DNA from: Anaerolineae bacterium
GTDB taxonomy: Bacteria > Chloroflexota > Anaerolineae > B4-G1 > DUEL01
DNA length: 55,011 bases
Direction: 5' to 3'
NCBI GenBank assembly: GCA_041082215.1
Contig: JBDOIF010000138.1
Span: forward strand, 1-55,011
The position numbers and the translations under genes are program-made. Position 1 is the first letter of the stretch; every line of letters begins with the position of its first letter. This document shows, one piece after another, positions 10,104 to 19,611 of this stretch. A model generated the notes under the pieces. The model was not told the DNA's origin and searched no databases. It worked only from the letters and a program-made list of their open reading frames with translations.

Positions 10104-11057
10104 TCAAAGATGACCCTCACCTCTCTTATAGCAGGCGACGAAGTGGCCACTCTCCACCTCCACCAGTTCCGGCTCCTGCCGGATGCAGGACGCTTCGGCC
10201 TCAGGGCAGCGGTCGGCGTAGACGCAGCCCACAACAGGCCCATCCGACACCACCGCCCGCTCCACCCGGACCGCCTCCTCCCACCTCCGGTCCAGCCGGG
10301 GGGCCGACTCCATCAGCATCCGGGTGTACGGGTGGAGCGGGTTCAGATAGACCCTGTCCGTAGGTCCCATCTCCATGACGCGCCCCCGATAGAGGATCAG
10401 CGCCCGTTCACTGATGTAATAACCCAGCGACAGGTCGTGGGTGATGAAGAGGATGGAGAGGCCACGGGCCTTGAGGTCGCTCAGGAGGTTGAGCACGTCA
10501 ATACGGGTGGAGGCGTCCAGCATGCTGATAATCTCGTCGGCGACCAGGAGCCGGATATCCAGAAGCAGCGCGCGGGCGATCAGGAAACGCTGCAACTGCC
10601 CGCCGCTCAGTTGGTGGGGGAACTTGCCCAGCACATCCGGTGGGTTCAGGCCCACAGCGCGCAGGGCTTCCTCCACCTTTTCACCCCATTCCCGCGCCCC
10701 CATATCGGGGAAGAACTCCTCCCGAACCATGGTGAAGATCCGGTCGGCTTTGAAAACGGGGTTGTAGGAAGCGAAGGGGTCCTGAAAGACCCCCTGCACC
10801 TTCCGGTAATACTCCTTGAGGGCGCTACCCTTCAGGGTGGCGATATCCGTACCCTCGAAGCGGATTGTCCCGGAGGTGATCGGGGTGAGGCGGAGGACCA
10901 TCTTCCCGATGGTGCTCTTCCCGCTTCCGCTCTCGCCGATCAGGGAGACGATCTCCGTCTGCCCGATCTCGAAGCTGACATCGCGGATGGCCGTCAGCCG
11001 CCGCAACCCGAACGCGCCAAGACGGTAAACTTTGGAGACCTTTTCCAGAGCGAGCAT
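10104..11057 (-). CDS. Opp/Dpp-type ABC transporter ATP-binding subunit (OppF-like)
   Basis: Walker A GESGSGKST, LSGGQ, ADE, HPYT and a C-terminal Cys cluster. Confidence 0.93.
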   Translation of the reverse strand: MLALEKVSKVYRLGAFGLRRLTAIRDVSFEIGQTEIVSLIGESGSGKSTIGKMVLRLTPITSGTIRFEGTDIATLKGSALKEYYRKVQGVFQDPFASYNPVFKADRIFTMVREEFFPDMGAREWGEKVEEALRAVGLNPPDVLGKFPHQLSGGQLQRFLIARALLLDIRLLVADEIISMLDASTRIDVLNLLSDLKARGLSILFITHDLSLGYYISERALILYRGRVMEMGPTDRVYLNPLHPYTRMLMESAPRLDRRWEEAVRVERAVVSDGPVVGCVYADRCPEAEASCIRQEPELVEVESGHFVACYKRGEGHL

Positions 11058-11059
11058 GC

Positions 11060-12010
11060 TCAGAACTCCCTCCAGCAGGCGACGAAGTGGCCAGGTGAAA
11101 CCTCCAGAAACGGGGGTTCTTCCAGACAACGGTCAAAGGCGACAGGGCACCGCGCTCTGAAGCGACATCCCGCCGGCGGGTCCAGGAGTTGCGGGGGGGT
11201 GCCGGGGATTCCGTACAGCCGCTCCTCACCATAACGCACCCCAACCTTAGGGAGGGAGGCGATCAGCATCTTCGTGTACGGATGACGGGCATTTTTGAAG
11301 ATCACGTCGGCCGGCGCCTTCTCCGATAACTGGCCGGCGTACATCACCAGGATCGTATCGGCGATCTGGTAAAGGATGGAGATGTCGTGGGTGATGATGA
11401 TGGTGCTCCTGACAAAGCCCTGATCCCGGAACCCCACCAGCATCTCGCAGACCGCCTTCTGGGTGGAGACATCCAGCGCCGAGGTGATCTCATCGGCGAT
11501 GAGGAGCGAAGGGTTGAGCAGCGTGGACATAACCATCACCGTCCGCTGCTTCATCCCTCCGGATAGCTCAATCGGGTACATACCCAGCACATCGTGCGAC
11601 AACTGGACCAGGTCCAACCGGCGCTTCAGTTCCGGCAGCATCTGCCCGTAATCTGCCCCCCGGCTGTCCAGCAGCTCGGCGATCATCCTCCCGATCCTGC
11701 GCGTCGGGTTCAGGGCGTTCATCGCGTACTGGGGGATAAGGGAGATGTGCCGGAAGCGGAACTCGCGCATCTTCTCCATATCCCAAACCGGGACCTCCCG
11801 GCCGTCCAGGAGCACCCGTCCCTCAATGAAGTTCATCGGCGGCCGCAGGTAGATCAGGCTGTGGCCGAGGGTGGACTTCCCGCAACCGGATTCCCCGGCC
11901 AACCCCATGATCTCCCCGTCGCCGACGGAAAAAGTCGCCCCCTCCAGGGCGCGGACGTATCCTTTAAGGGTGCGGTAGTAGACCCTGAGGTTTTCCACCT
12001 GGAGGCTCAT
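11060..12010 (-). CDS. Opp/Dpp-type ABC transporter ATP-binding subunit (OppD-like)
   Basis: GESGCGKST, LSGGMKQR, ADEITSALD, HPYT and GCRF..RC. Confidence 0.93.
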   Translation of the reverse strand: MSLQVENLRVYYRTLKGYVRALEGATFSVGDGEIMGLAGESGCGKSTLGHSLIYLRPPMNFIEGRVLLDGREVPVWDMEKMREFRFRHISLIPQYAMNALNPTRRIGRMIAELLDSRGADYGQMLPELKRRLDLVQLSHDVLGMYPIELSGGMKQRTVMVMSTLLNPSLLIADEITSALDVSTQKAVCEMLVGFRDQGFVRSTIIITHDISILYQIADTILVMYAGQLSEKAPADVIFKNARHPYTKMLIASLPKVGVRYGEERLYGIPGTPPQLLDPPAGCRFRARCPVAFDRCLEEPPFLEVSPGHFVACWREF

Positions 12011-12011
12011 C

Positions 12012-12878
12012 CTACATCTCCCGCAGTTTGGGGTTGAAGACCTCGTCCAGGCCGACGTTCATCACGTAGAGCGCCCCGACGATGGCAGCGATGGCCGCGC
12101 CGGGCGGGATCAGCCACCACCACATCCCCAGTTGCAGGGCAGCCCAGAGGACGGCGTTGTTCATCATCAGGCCCAGGGACATCCCCCGGGTGGGGCCCAG
12201 GCCGATGAAGTCCAGCGTCGCTGCGTTGAGGATCGCGCCACCGAACTGGAGGATGAAGACCAGGAGGAGGTAGGACATCATATTCGGCGCGATCTCCGTC
12301 AGCACAATCCGCAGCGAGCTCCGGCCGGTCATCCGGGCCAGGTCCACGAACTCCCGCACGCGCAGGGAAAAGGTCTGGGCACGGATGGCCCGCGCCGCCC
12401 AGGGCCAGGCCGTCAGTCCGATAAAGATGCTCTCGGTGACGATGCCCCGGACAGTAAGGTAGGCGGCGATGATGATGAGGACGGCCAGCGTGGGGATGAT
12501 GAGGATGATATTTGTGAACATGTTGAGGACCTCATCCACTGCGCCGCCGCGATACCCGGCCAGGAGGCCGATCAGCATACCGATTGCAGTGCCGATCATC
12601 CCGCCGATCAGCCCCACGACGAAGGTGGACCGGAGGCCATAGGCAAACTGGCTGTAGACATCCTGACCGAAAGTCGTGGTCCCAAACCAGAACTCCCGCG
12701 AGGGGGGTTGGGCCGGAGGGCCCACGTACGCATTGGGGTCATACTCGGTCAGGAGGGGGCCGACGAGGGCAAAGAGCAGAAAGAAGAGAAGGACCCCCAG
12801 GCCGACCCGCAGTTTACGGTTCCTCAGCGCGAAATAGAGAAACTCGCTTCGGACCTTTTTGGGCTGCTTGCGCTCCAT
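12012..12878 (-). CDS. ABC transporter permease (OppC-like)
   Basis: WFGTTTFGQDV, EAA-like loop REFVDLARMTG and multiple TM helices. Confidence 0.92.
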   Translation of the reverse strand: MERKQPKKVRSEFLYFALRNRKLRVGLGVLLFFLLFALVGPLLTEYDPNAYVGPPAQPPSREFWFGTTTFGQDVYSQFAYGLRSTFVVGLIGGMIGTAIGMLIGLLAGYRGGAVDEVLNMFTNIILIIPTLAVLIIIAAYLTVRGIVTESIFIGLTAWPWAARAIRAQTFSLRVREFVDLARMTGRSSLRIVLTEIAPNMMSYLLLVFILQFGGAILNAATLDFIGLGPTRGMSLGLMMNNAVLWAALQLGMWWWLIPPGAAIAAIVGALYVMNVGLDEVFNPKLREM

Positions 12879-12881
12879 AGG

Positions 12882-13868
12882 CTATTCACCCGTCATCCCT
12901 AATCTTGTCCGTGGGTCCACCAGGACATAGATAATATCAATGATAAAGTTAGCCATCAATACACCGACGATGATGAAAAGAAAACTGCCCTGGATCAGGA
13001 AATAATCCTGGTTCTGGACACCCTGGAGGATCAGGTAGCCGATGCCGGGGTAGGCGAAGACGATCTCCGTGGCCAGTGCGCCGGCGATGATGCCGCCCAG
13101 CTGGAGGGCGAGGCCGGTGATCTGGGGGAGCATGGCATTACGAAAGGCGTATTTGCGGATCAACCGCTGGGGAGCGCCCAGAGATTCCAGGTAGCGGGAG
13201 TACTCCGACTCCAGCTCGTAGATGATCATATTCCGCATGCCGATAGCCCATCCGCCGAACATCACCAGAAACAGTGAGATGAAGGGAAGGAACCAGTGCC
13301 AGAGCAGGTCCTTGATAAACAGCCACGAGAGGTGGGGGCGTAATCCGAAGCTGTAGGCGCCGGCGATGGGGAAGAGGCCGGCCTCGTTGCCCAGCGCCCA
13401 CGCCAGCACGATCGCCAGCCACATGTAGGGAGTCGCGGTCAGGATGTAGCCCAGGGGGAGGATGGTGTTATCCAGCCAGCGCGCCCGTGCAGCAATGGCC
13501 CCCACCCGGTTCCCGGCGATCCAGCTCAGTATAATGGCCGGCAGCAGGAGGAAAAGGTCGTAGGGAACCGCCCGCTTGATGATCTCCAGCACCGGCTGCG
13601 GGAACAGCCAGGTGCTGATCCCCAGGTCTCCCCGGAACAACGCGGTCCAGAAGTTCAGGTACTGCTGCCAGAGAGGAAGGTCCAGCCCGAAGGCCCGAAT
13701 GTAGTAGCTGCGCAACACCTCGGCCGCGTCAGCGCGGAGCGCATAACGGGCCAGCATCGTCTGCACCGGATTACCGGGCATAAAGCGGGGGATCAGCCAG
13801 TCTATGGTCACCGCGAGGAAAAAAGTCAGTATATATATGAGGAGTTTCCGTCCCAGATATCGTCCCAC
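12882..13868 (-). CDS. ABC transporter permease (OppB-like)
   Basis: RFMPGNP, FGLDLPLWQQY, GDLG.S and FAYPGIG. GTG 13868 follows AAGGAG. Confidence 0.92.
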   Translation of the reverse strand: MGRYLGRKLLIYILTFFLAVTIDWLIPRFMPGNPVQTMLARYALRADAAEVLRSYYIRAFGLDLPLWQQYLNFWTALFRGDLGISTWLFPQPVLEIIKRAVPYDLFLLLPAIILSWIAGNRVGAIAARARWLDNTILPLGYILTATPYMWLAIVLAWALGNEAGLFPIAGAYSFGLRPHLSWLFIKDLLWHWFLPFISLFLVMFGGWAIGMRNMIIYELESEYSRYLESLGAPQRLIRKYAFRNAMLPQITGLALQLGGIIAGALATEIVFAYPGIGYLILQGVQNQDYFLIQGSFLFIIVGVLMANFIIDIIYVLVDPRTRLGMTGE

Positions 13869-13892
13869 CGGCAGCTCCTTTGCGGAACGATA

Positions 13893-13973
13893 CCACGGAG
13901 ACACGGAGGGCACGGGGAAACGCCGGGAACCCGGAGGGGTTGGCGAAGCTCCGCGACCTCCGTGCCTCCGTGG
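13893..13973. repeat. CACGGAG/CTCCGTG-type palindromic repeat
   Basis: ccacggagacacggagggcacgggg...ctccgcgacctccgtgcctccgtgg. A second copy lies at 54333-54404. Confidence 0.75.
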
Positions 13974-14011
13974 CGCGAACAGAGCAAACGACAGCGATGG
14001 TGCAGGATTGT

Positions 14012-14055
14012 TAAATTGAAAGGTCGCCCCTCCCTCGGAGGAAGGAGGGGCGACC
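14012..14055 (-). terminator. Stem-loop after the solute-binding protein gene (terminator or mRNA stabiliser)
   Basis: ggtcgcccctcc...ggaggggcgacc hairpin followed on the minus strand by tttcaattt. Confidence 0.7.
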
Positions 14056-14064
14056 CACAGGCGA

Positions 14065-15855
14065 CTACTGCTGTGCCGGCTGGAGTTCGGTGAGCATGAG
14101 GATAGCGGTCATGTTCCAGTAGCCGTTCCAGGTGCACGGCAGGTACTTGGGCGCACCCTCCGCAGCCGATGGCCAGTTGGTCCAGTAGTTGGAGTTCCAC
14201 TGGGCCCACAGACCATTATACCACAAAGGAACGGCGGGCATATCGGTCAGATGGATCCGCTGGATCTGGGACATAACCGCCTTCATGCCCTCGGTATCCT
14301 CGACGGGGGTCTGGTCCAGTTGCACCACCAGGTCGAAGACCTCGGGGTTCTCATACCGGCCGAAGTTCCCGTTGGACATGTTGTCGGTGATGGGGTTGCG
14401 GAAGAGCCAGAAGTAGAAGGTCCAGGGGGTATCGCTCATGTTGGAGCCGAAGTTGTTGATGGCCATGTCGAAGGTGCCGCCGGTGAGCTGGTCCCAGTAC
14501 CCGCCGAAGTCCGGGAAGTCCGGCTGGAGGTTGATCCCCACTGCCTGGGCGCCGTTGGCGATGACGTTGATGGACTCCATCCAGTCCGTCCAGCCGAAGG
14601 GGACGATGATCTTCAGCTCGATCTTGGAGCCGTCGGGGGCCTCCACGAAGCCGTCACCGTCCACATCGGCGTAGCCGGCATCGGCCAGGATAGAGCGGGC
14701 CATATCGGGATCGTAGGAGAAGCCCAGCTCGTCCACAACCGCCTGATCCACGTACTGCTCCCAGGTCGGCAGCAGCCCCGTCGGGTTGGCCTTCTGGACG
14801 ATGTTACCGTAGACGCGGGTGACGATCTCATCCACGTTGACGGCGTAGGCCATCGCCCGACGGAAGGCCGGGTCGTCCATCGGCTTCTTGGTGGTGTTCA
14901 TGAAGAGGAAGGCGGTGTTGGCAGAGAGCATATAGGGCGGATCGGCGTACCAGGTCTGGATCCCATAGCCGCCCTCCACCAGGGTGGCGATGCCGGGCAG
15001 GAAGTTGTTGCTCAGGTCCAGCTCCCCCTTGAGCACCAGGCCGAGGGCGACGTTGTTGCTGGGGTTGACGACATCCACAATGTACTTGGGGCCGACGGAG
15101 AGGCCCAGCAGCTCCGTTGCCCACCAGTTGTCGTTCCGCTTCCAGACCATGCGGTCTTCGGAGTGGGTTTCGTAGAGGTAGGCCCCCGTGCCCACTGGCG
15201 GGAGATTGGCTCCGGTGACGATCTCCTCCTCAGAGCGGCCCTCCCACAGGTGCTTGGGGACGATAGCGACAGAGTAGAGGGTGTTGCCCCACTCCTGGTA
15301 GCGGACCTCGGAGAAGGTGAACTGGACGGTGTAGTCGTCAACCGCCTCGACGCTCTGCAGCCAGTCCCAGAGCGGCTTGTAGTAGACGCCTTCCAGTTGC
15401 CCCAGCTCGAAGGTGTAGACGACGTCCTCGGCCGTCAGAGGCTCACCGTCGCTCCAATTGATGCCCTGGCGGAGCTTTACCTGGTAGACGTTGTCGCCCA
15501 CCCACTCACCGCTCTCCGCCAGCCAGGGGATGTACTCGTTCTGCAGGGGGTCGTAGAGGAAGAGGGTCTCGTAGCACAGGCCGATCACCCCCATGGCATA
15601 GGAGCCGGGCTGGATGGGGTTCCACGAGGTGGGCGGCCCCCACTGCTTGCCGCTGGTATAGAGGGTTTCGCTGCGCTCGTAGACCACAGCGGTGGGGGTG
15701 GCCTCTTCGGTCGGAGCCGCCGTGGGCGCTTCCGTCGGGGCCTCGGTGGGGGCCTCGGTGGGAGGCGCGGTGGGGGTCGGGCTTGGCGCGCAGGCGGCCA
15801 GGAGCATCGCGGCGATCGCGAGCACACCCATAATCAAGAAGCTTAAGCGTTTCAT
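14065..15855 (-). CDS. Family 5 ABC solute-binding lipoprotein, probably binding cello-/manno-oligosaccharides
   Basis: Lipobox LLAAC, APTE repeat linker, WSDGEPLTAEDVVYTF and VPFGWTDW. AGGAGG RBS. Located in a glycoside hydrolase cluster. Confidence 0.9.
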   Translation of the reverse strand: MKRLSFLIMGVLAIAAMLLAACAPSPTPTAPPTEAPTEAPTEAPTAAPTEEATPTAVVYERSETLYTSGKQWGPPTSWNPIQPGSYAMGVIGLCYETLFLYDPLQNEYIPWLAESGEWVGDNVYQVKLRQGINWSDGEPLTAEDVVYTFELGQLEGVYYKPLWDWLQSVEAVDDYTVQFTFSEVRYQEWGNTLYSVAIVPKHLWEGRSEEEIVTGANLPPVGTGAYLYETHSEDRMVWKRNDNWWATELLGLSVGPKYIVDVVNPSNNVALGLVLKGELDLSNNFLPGIATLVEGGYGIQTWYADPPYMLSANTAFLFMNTTKKPMDDPAFRRAMAYAVNVDEIVTRVYGNIVQKANPTGLLPTWEQYVDQAVVDELGFSYDPDMARSILADAGYADVDGDGFVEAPDGSKIELKIIVPFGWTDWMESINVIANGAQAVGINLQPDFPDFGGYWDQLTGGTFDMAINNFGSNMSDTPWTFYFWLFRNPITDNMSNGNFGRYENPEVFDLVVQLDQTPVEDTEGMKAVMSQIQRIHLTDMPAVPLWYNGLWAQWNSNYWTNWPSAAEGAPKYLPCTWNGYWNMTAILMLTELQPAQQ

Positions 15856-16024
15856 CTTTCTCCTCCTAAAACACTGAGACACTGAAACACTGAGACACTT
15901 GTTAAGAGTTGACCTGTGGAACAGCGATCAGATTTAGACATCGTGCCCGTTTCACCTCCTTAAAACAAGTCGTGGTGGATGGGCTTTCTCGGCCCAATCG
16001 CTCTGGCAATCCTCCCGCTCTGTT

Positions 16025-16038
16025 TGGGAGCGCTCTCA
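16025..16038. promoter_or_regulatory. LacI-family (CelR-like) operator
   Basis: TGGGAGCGCTCTCA upstream of the SBP gene, identical to 17180-17193. Confidence 0.85.
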
Positions 16039-16094
16039 CAACTGCCCCCACAGCCTTTTCGGTTGGAACTTGGGACCTCCAGGGCGGACAGTTT

Positions 16095-17102
16095 CTACAG
16101 GGAGCCGCAGGACGCGCGCAGGATCAACTGGACGGGTAGAACTACGTGTTGAGGAGAGGTGATGGTCCCTTCCAAAAGGCCGATCAGCATTTCTACAGCC
16201 ATCACACCCAGACGGCCCACCGGCTGGCGGATAGTGGTCAGCGGGGGCTCTACCAGACTGGCCACAGAGAGGTCGTCAAAGCCGACAACAGCGATGTCGT
16301 CCGGGACGCGCAGGCCAGCCTCCCGGATGGCTTTCATCGCCCCCATAGCCATCATATCGCTGGCGACAAAGACAGCGGTCGGCCGGGCGGGCAACAGGCG
16401 TTCCATAGCGATCCGACCTCCCTCTTCGGAGAAATCCCCCTCCGCGATCAGCTCCGGACTGACCGGGATACCGTGGGCCTCCAGCGTCTGTCGGTATCCC
16501 TCCAGGCGGCTTTGCCCGGCGGTCATGTCCATCCGGCCGGTGATGGTGGCGATGCGCCGGTGGCCCAGCCGGATAAGGTGCTCCACGGCCATCCGCGCCC
16601 CACCGACGTTATCCACGTCCACATAATGAACCCGATGGTCGGGGTGCCTTCCGACAGAGACGAAGGGGATGCCATCGTGCAGGAGGCGGGGGATCAGGGG
16701 ATCGCTCGACGACGCCGAGGCGACGACCACGCCGTCCAGATACCCGTTGCCCAGGACACGGGCGTACATCTCATCCCGCGAGGCGGGGTCGTTGAAGAGG
16801 GAAAGCATCAGATGGTACTTGTGAGCATTGCAGGCCTCGGTAGCGCCGCGCAGCAGGAGGGGGAAAAAGGGGTCGGTAAAGAGCGTGGTGACCATTTCGG
16901 GAATGAGGACGCCCAGGATGTGGGTGCGGTTGGTGACCAGGCTGCGGGCGACGGCGTGAGGCTGATAGCCAGATTCGCGGACAGCCCGCCACACCCGTTC
17001 GCGGACCTCCGGGCGGACACTGGGGTGGTTGTTGACGACGCGGGAAACGGTCGAGCGGGAAACCCCGGCAATTCTGGCCACATCCTCCAGCGTAGGGGAC
17101 AC
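16095..17102 (-). CDS. LacI-family transcriptional regulator
   Basis: TLEDVARIAGVSRSTVSRVVN HTH, hinge ARSL, VVGFDD and PPLTTIRQP. GTG 17102 follows AGGAG. Confidence 0.95.
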   Translation of the reverse strand: MSPTLEDVARIAGVSRSTVSRVVNNHPSVRPEVRERVWRAVRESGYQPHAVARSLVTNRTHILGVLIPEMVTTLFTDPFFPLLLRGATEACNAHKYHLMLSLFNDPASRDEMYARVLGNGYLDGVVVASASSSDPLIPRLLHDGIPFVSVGRHPDHRVHYVDVDNVGGARMAVEHLIRLGHRRIATITGRMDMTAGQSRLEGYRQTLEAHGIPVSPELIAEGDFSEEGGRIAMERLLPARPTAVFVASDMMAMGAMKAIREAGLRVPDDIAVVGFDDLSVASLVEPPLTTIRQPVGRLGVMAVEMLIGLLEGTITSPQHVVLPVQLILRASCGSL

Positions 17103-17117
17103 GGCTCCGCTCCTGCT

Positions 17118-17193
17118 TGAGAGCGCTCTCGAAACGAACGCACAAAAAACTCCAATTCGCAAAGACAACGGCCGCTTTTTGGGAGCGCTCTCA
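17118..17193. promoter_or_regulatory. Two LacI-family operators in the regulator leader (autoregulation)
   Basis: TGAGAGCGCTCTCG at 17118-17131 and TGGGAGCGCTCTCA at 17180-17193. Confidence 0.85.
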
Positions 17194-17199
17194 AAAACT

Positions 17200-17227
17200 A
17201 TTATACCACGGAAATCGAATTTGTCAA
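17200..17227 (-). promoter_or_regulatory. Sigma70-type promoter of the lacI-ABC-GH operon
   Basis: Minus strand TTGACA-16 nt-TATAAT with extended TG, directly upstream of the operator. Confidence 0.85.
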
Positions 17228-17243
17228 TACCCAACCTGAGGTT

Positions 17244-17435
17244 AGGTGTATTTCAGCCTGCGGGCAGGGTGTCCCTGGCCCGGGCCGGACCTGGGGAAAC
17301 ACGAATGGCGCGAATGGAAACGAATGCCGCGAATGGGGCAGGTATCCCTCCTGTTCGCGGTATTCGGGCCATTCATGGGATTCGCGATCCACCGGCGAGC
17401 AAGAGGATCACTCACCCCGAAATTGAAATACACCC
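17244..17435. mobile_element. MITE copy 3 (192 bp) with perfect 9-bp target-site duplication
   Basis: AGGTGTATTTCA...TGAAATACACCC flanked by cctgaggtt at 17235-17243 and 17436-17444. Confidence 0.9.
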
Positions 17436-17493
17436 CCTGAGGTTCGGACGCGAGAAGAGCCCACCCTCCTGCGTTGGGTGAGCAACACAGGAC

Positions 17494-17532
17494 TTGTACA
17501 GCCGTCTTTCTTATGGCATAATGTCTGCACAA
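17494..17532 (+). promoter_or_regulatory. Putative aor promoter with overlapping GntR/HutC-type site
   Basis: TTGTAC...TGGCATAAT followed by overlapping ATGTCTGCACAA, the same layout as 19612-19649. Confidence 0.55.
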
Positions 17533-17579
17533 GATATGTCGAGGAATGATATGGCCTTGCATACAGATGGAGGTGACCG

Positions 17580-19520
17580 TTGGCTTACGGTTTCTGGGGC
17601 AAAATACTCTGGGTCAACCTGAGCACCCGCGAGGTCCGCGAGGAAGCGCTCCCAGAGGCCGTTTACCGCCGTTTCCTGGGCGGGTATGGCCTGGGTATCT
17701 CTCTCCTCTATGAGCGGATGCCGGCTGGCGCCGATCCCCTCGGGCCGGAAAACATCCTGGCCTTCCTGCCGGGCCTGCTCACCGGAAGCGGCGCCCCTTT
17801 CAGCGGCCGCTTTATGGCGGTGGCCCGCTCGCCGCTTACTGGCGGCTGGGGCGAGGCCAACTGTGGAGGACGCTTCGGCCCGGCCCTCCGGGGGGCTGGC
17901 TACGACGGCCTCTTCGTCACCGGCGTATCCGACCGGCCGGTCTACCTCTACCTGAACGGCCAGCAGGCAGAGGTGCGGGAGGCCGGGGCCCTCTGGGGGC
18001 TGGACACGGTGCAGACCGAGGAGGCCATCCGGGAAGCCACTTCCCCCGAAGTGCAGGTGGCCTGTATCGGGCCGGCTGGCGAACGGATTTCCCTCATCTC
18101 CGGCGTCGTCAACGACGGCGGCCGCATCGCCGCCCGCTGCGGGCTGGGGGCGGTCATGGGGGCCAAGCGCCTCAAAGCGGTCGCTGTGCGGGGCAAGGAG
18201 CGTCCGCCCCTGGCCGACCCGGAGGCCTTTCGTGCCGCCGTGGCTGCCTACCGGCATCTCTTCCGCCGTCAACCCTCCCGCTGGGCCGCCCTGATCCCGG
18301 CCTTCCTCCTCCGGCTTCTTCCCCTGGCCCGCCGCCTGCGCACCCGGCTGAGCGGGGGACCGACCCAGTTTGTGATTGACTCCTTCCGACGTTACGGCAC
18401 CGCCGCCGGGACGGCCGCCCTCGTCGAACTGGGCGACACGCCGGTGCGAAACTGGCTGGGCATCGGCTTTCGCGACTTTCCCCTCCACCGCTCCGGCCAG
18501 TTGAGCGACGAGGCCGTTATCCGCCACAACATCCGGCCCTATGCATGCCACTCCTGCCCGGTGGCCTGCGGGGCCATCGTCCGCCTGCCCGACGGCGAAA
18601 GCGGCCACAAGCCCGAGTACGAGACGCTGGCTGCCTTCGGCCCGCTCCTCCTGAACGACGACCTGGAGGCAGTGATGCGCTGCGCCGAAATCTGCAACCG
18701 GGCCGGTCTGGATACCATCTCGACCGGCGTGGCCATCGCTTTCGCTCTGGAGGCAGCTGAGCGGGGCTGGCTTCCCCCAGAACTGGCCGGAGAACTCCCG
18801 CTGCGCTGGGGTGACGGCGCAGCCGTCGTCGAGCTGGTCCGACGAATAGGCCATCGCACCCCCGGCCTGGGGGAATGGCTGGCCGACGGCGTCCGTCGGG
18901 CGGCAGAACGTCTGGGGCCAGAAGCGCAGGAGGCAGCTATCCACGCCGGCGGGCAGGAACTCCCCATGCACCGGGGCCTCTACGAGCCGGGCGTGGCCCT
19001 GGGCTACGCACTGGACCCGGCACCGGGGCGACATACCTCCACCCAGTCCGGTACGGCCGAACTCCGGGCCTTCGCTCCTTACTTCGCCCTCTGCGGCCTT
19101 CAGCCGGCGGGCCGTTACGACTACGCGGCCAAAGGCCCCACTTTTGCCACCGTCATCCCCATCCTGCGGGCCTACGATTCCCTCGGCCTCTGCCAGTTCG
19201 CCCTCCAGATGGGGGAGCCCCCCTTTCTGGCCTGGCTCAACGCCGCCACCGGATGGGGGGTGGACGAAGCCGAGTTCCTGCGCATCGGCCGGCGGATTCA
19301 GGTACTCCGTCACGCCTTCAACGCCCGGGAGGGGCTGCCGCCGCGCTTCGACCTGCCCGCCCGCGAGCGCGGCGAACCGCCCCAGGAGGCCGGTCCGGTG
19401 GCCGGCGTGACCCTCGATATGGAGGCGATGGCCGCCGGCTACTTTGCCGCCCTCGGGGTGGACCCGGATACCGGCCGGCCCCTGCCGGAGACGGCAACAG
19501 AACTGGAACTGGAGGTGTGA
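17580..19520 (+). CDS. aor: Tungsten-type aldehyde:ferredoxin oxidoreductase family protein
   Basis: G..GKILWVNLS, FLGGYGLG, RSPLTGG.GEANCGG, CIGPAGE, GLGAVMGAKRLKA, CHSCPVAC, PEYET, GLDTIS and DSLGLC. TTG start after GGAGGTG. Confidence 0.92.
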   Translation: MAYGFWGKILWVNLSTREVREEALPEAVYRRFLGGYGLGISLLYERMPAGADPLGPENILAFLPGLLTGSGAPFSGRFMAVARSPLTGGWGEANCGGRFGPALRGAGYDGLFVTGVSDRPVYLYLNGQQAEVREAGALWGLDTVQTEEAIREATSPEVQVACIGPAGERISLISGVVNDGGRIAARCGLGAVMGAKRLKAVAVRGKERPPLADPEAFRAAVAAYRHLFRRQPSRWAALIPAFLLRLLPLARRLRTRLSGGPTQFVIDSFRRYGTAAGTAALVELGDTPVRNWLGIGFRDFPLHRSGQLSDEAVIRHNIRPYACHSCPVACGAIVRLPDGESGHKPEYETLAAFGPLLLNDDLEAVMRCAEICNRAGLDTISTGVAIAFALEAAERGWLPPELAGELPLRWGDGAAVVELVRRIGHRTPGLGEWLADGVRRAAERLGPEAQEAAIHAGGQELPMHRGLYEPGVALGYALDPAPGRHTSTQSGTAELRAFAPYFALCGLQPAGRYDYAAKGPTFATVIPILRAYDSLGLCQFALQMGEPPFLAWLNAATGWGVDEAEFLRIGRRIQVLRHAFNAREGLPPRFDLPARERGEPPQEAGPVAGVTLDMEAMAAGYFAALGVDPDTGRPLPETATELELEV

Positions 19521-19611
19521 GAGGCAGGGAGGGGTTGTCAAGGCCGGGTGTTATCTGCTTCCCTCCCCCCACCCCTGGCCCCGCGGCGGCGGAGGAGGGG
19601 TGAGCCCATGC

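Noticed and set aside
15692..15790. Repeats in the SBP gene as an array or CRISPR
   Set aside because: They encode the APTE lipoprotein linker. No repeat-spacer array or cas gene was seen anywhere in the window.
1157..17435. MITE pairs as composite transposons carrying the kinase pair or the sugar cluster
   Set aside because: Each copy has its own distinct flanking duplication, which indicates independent insertions.
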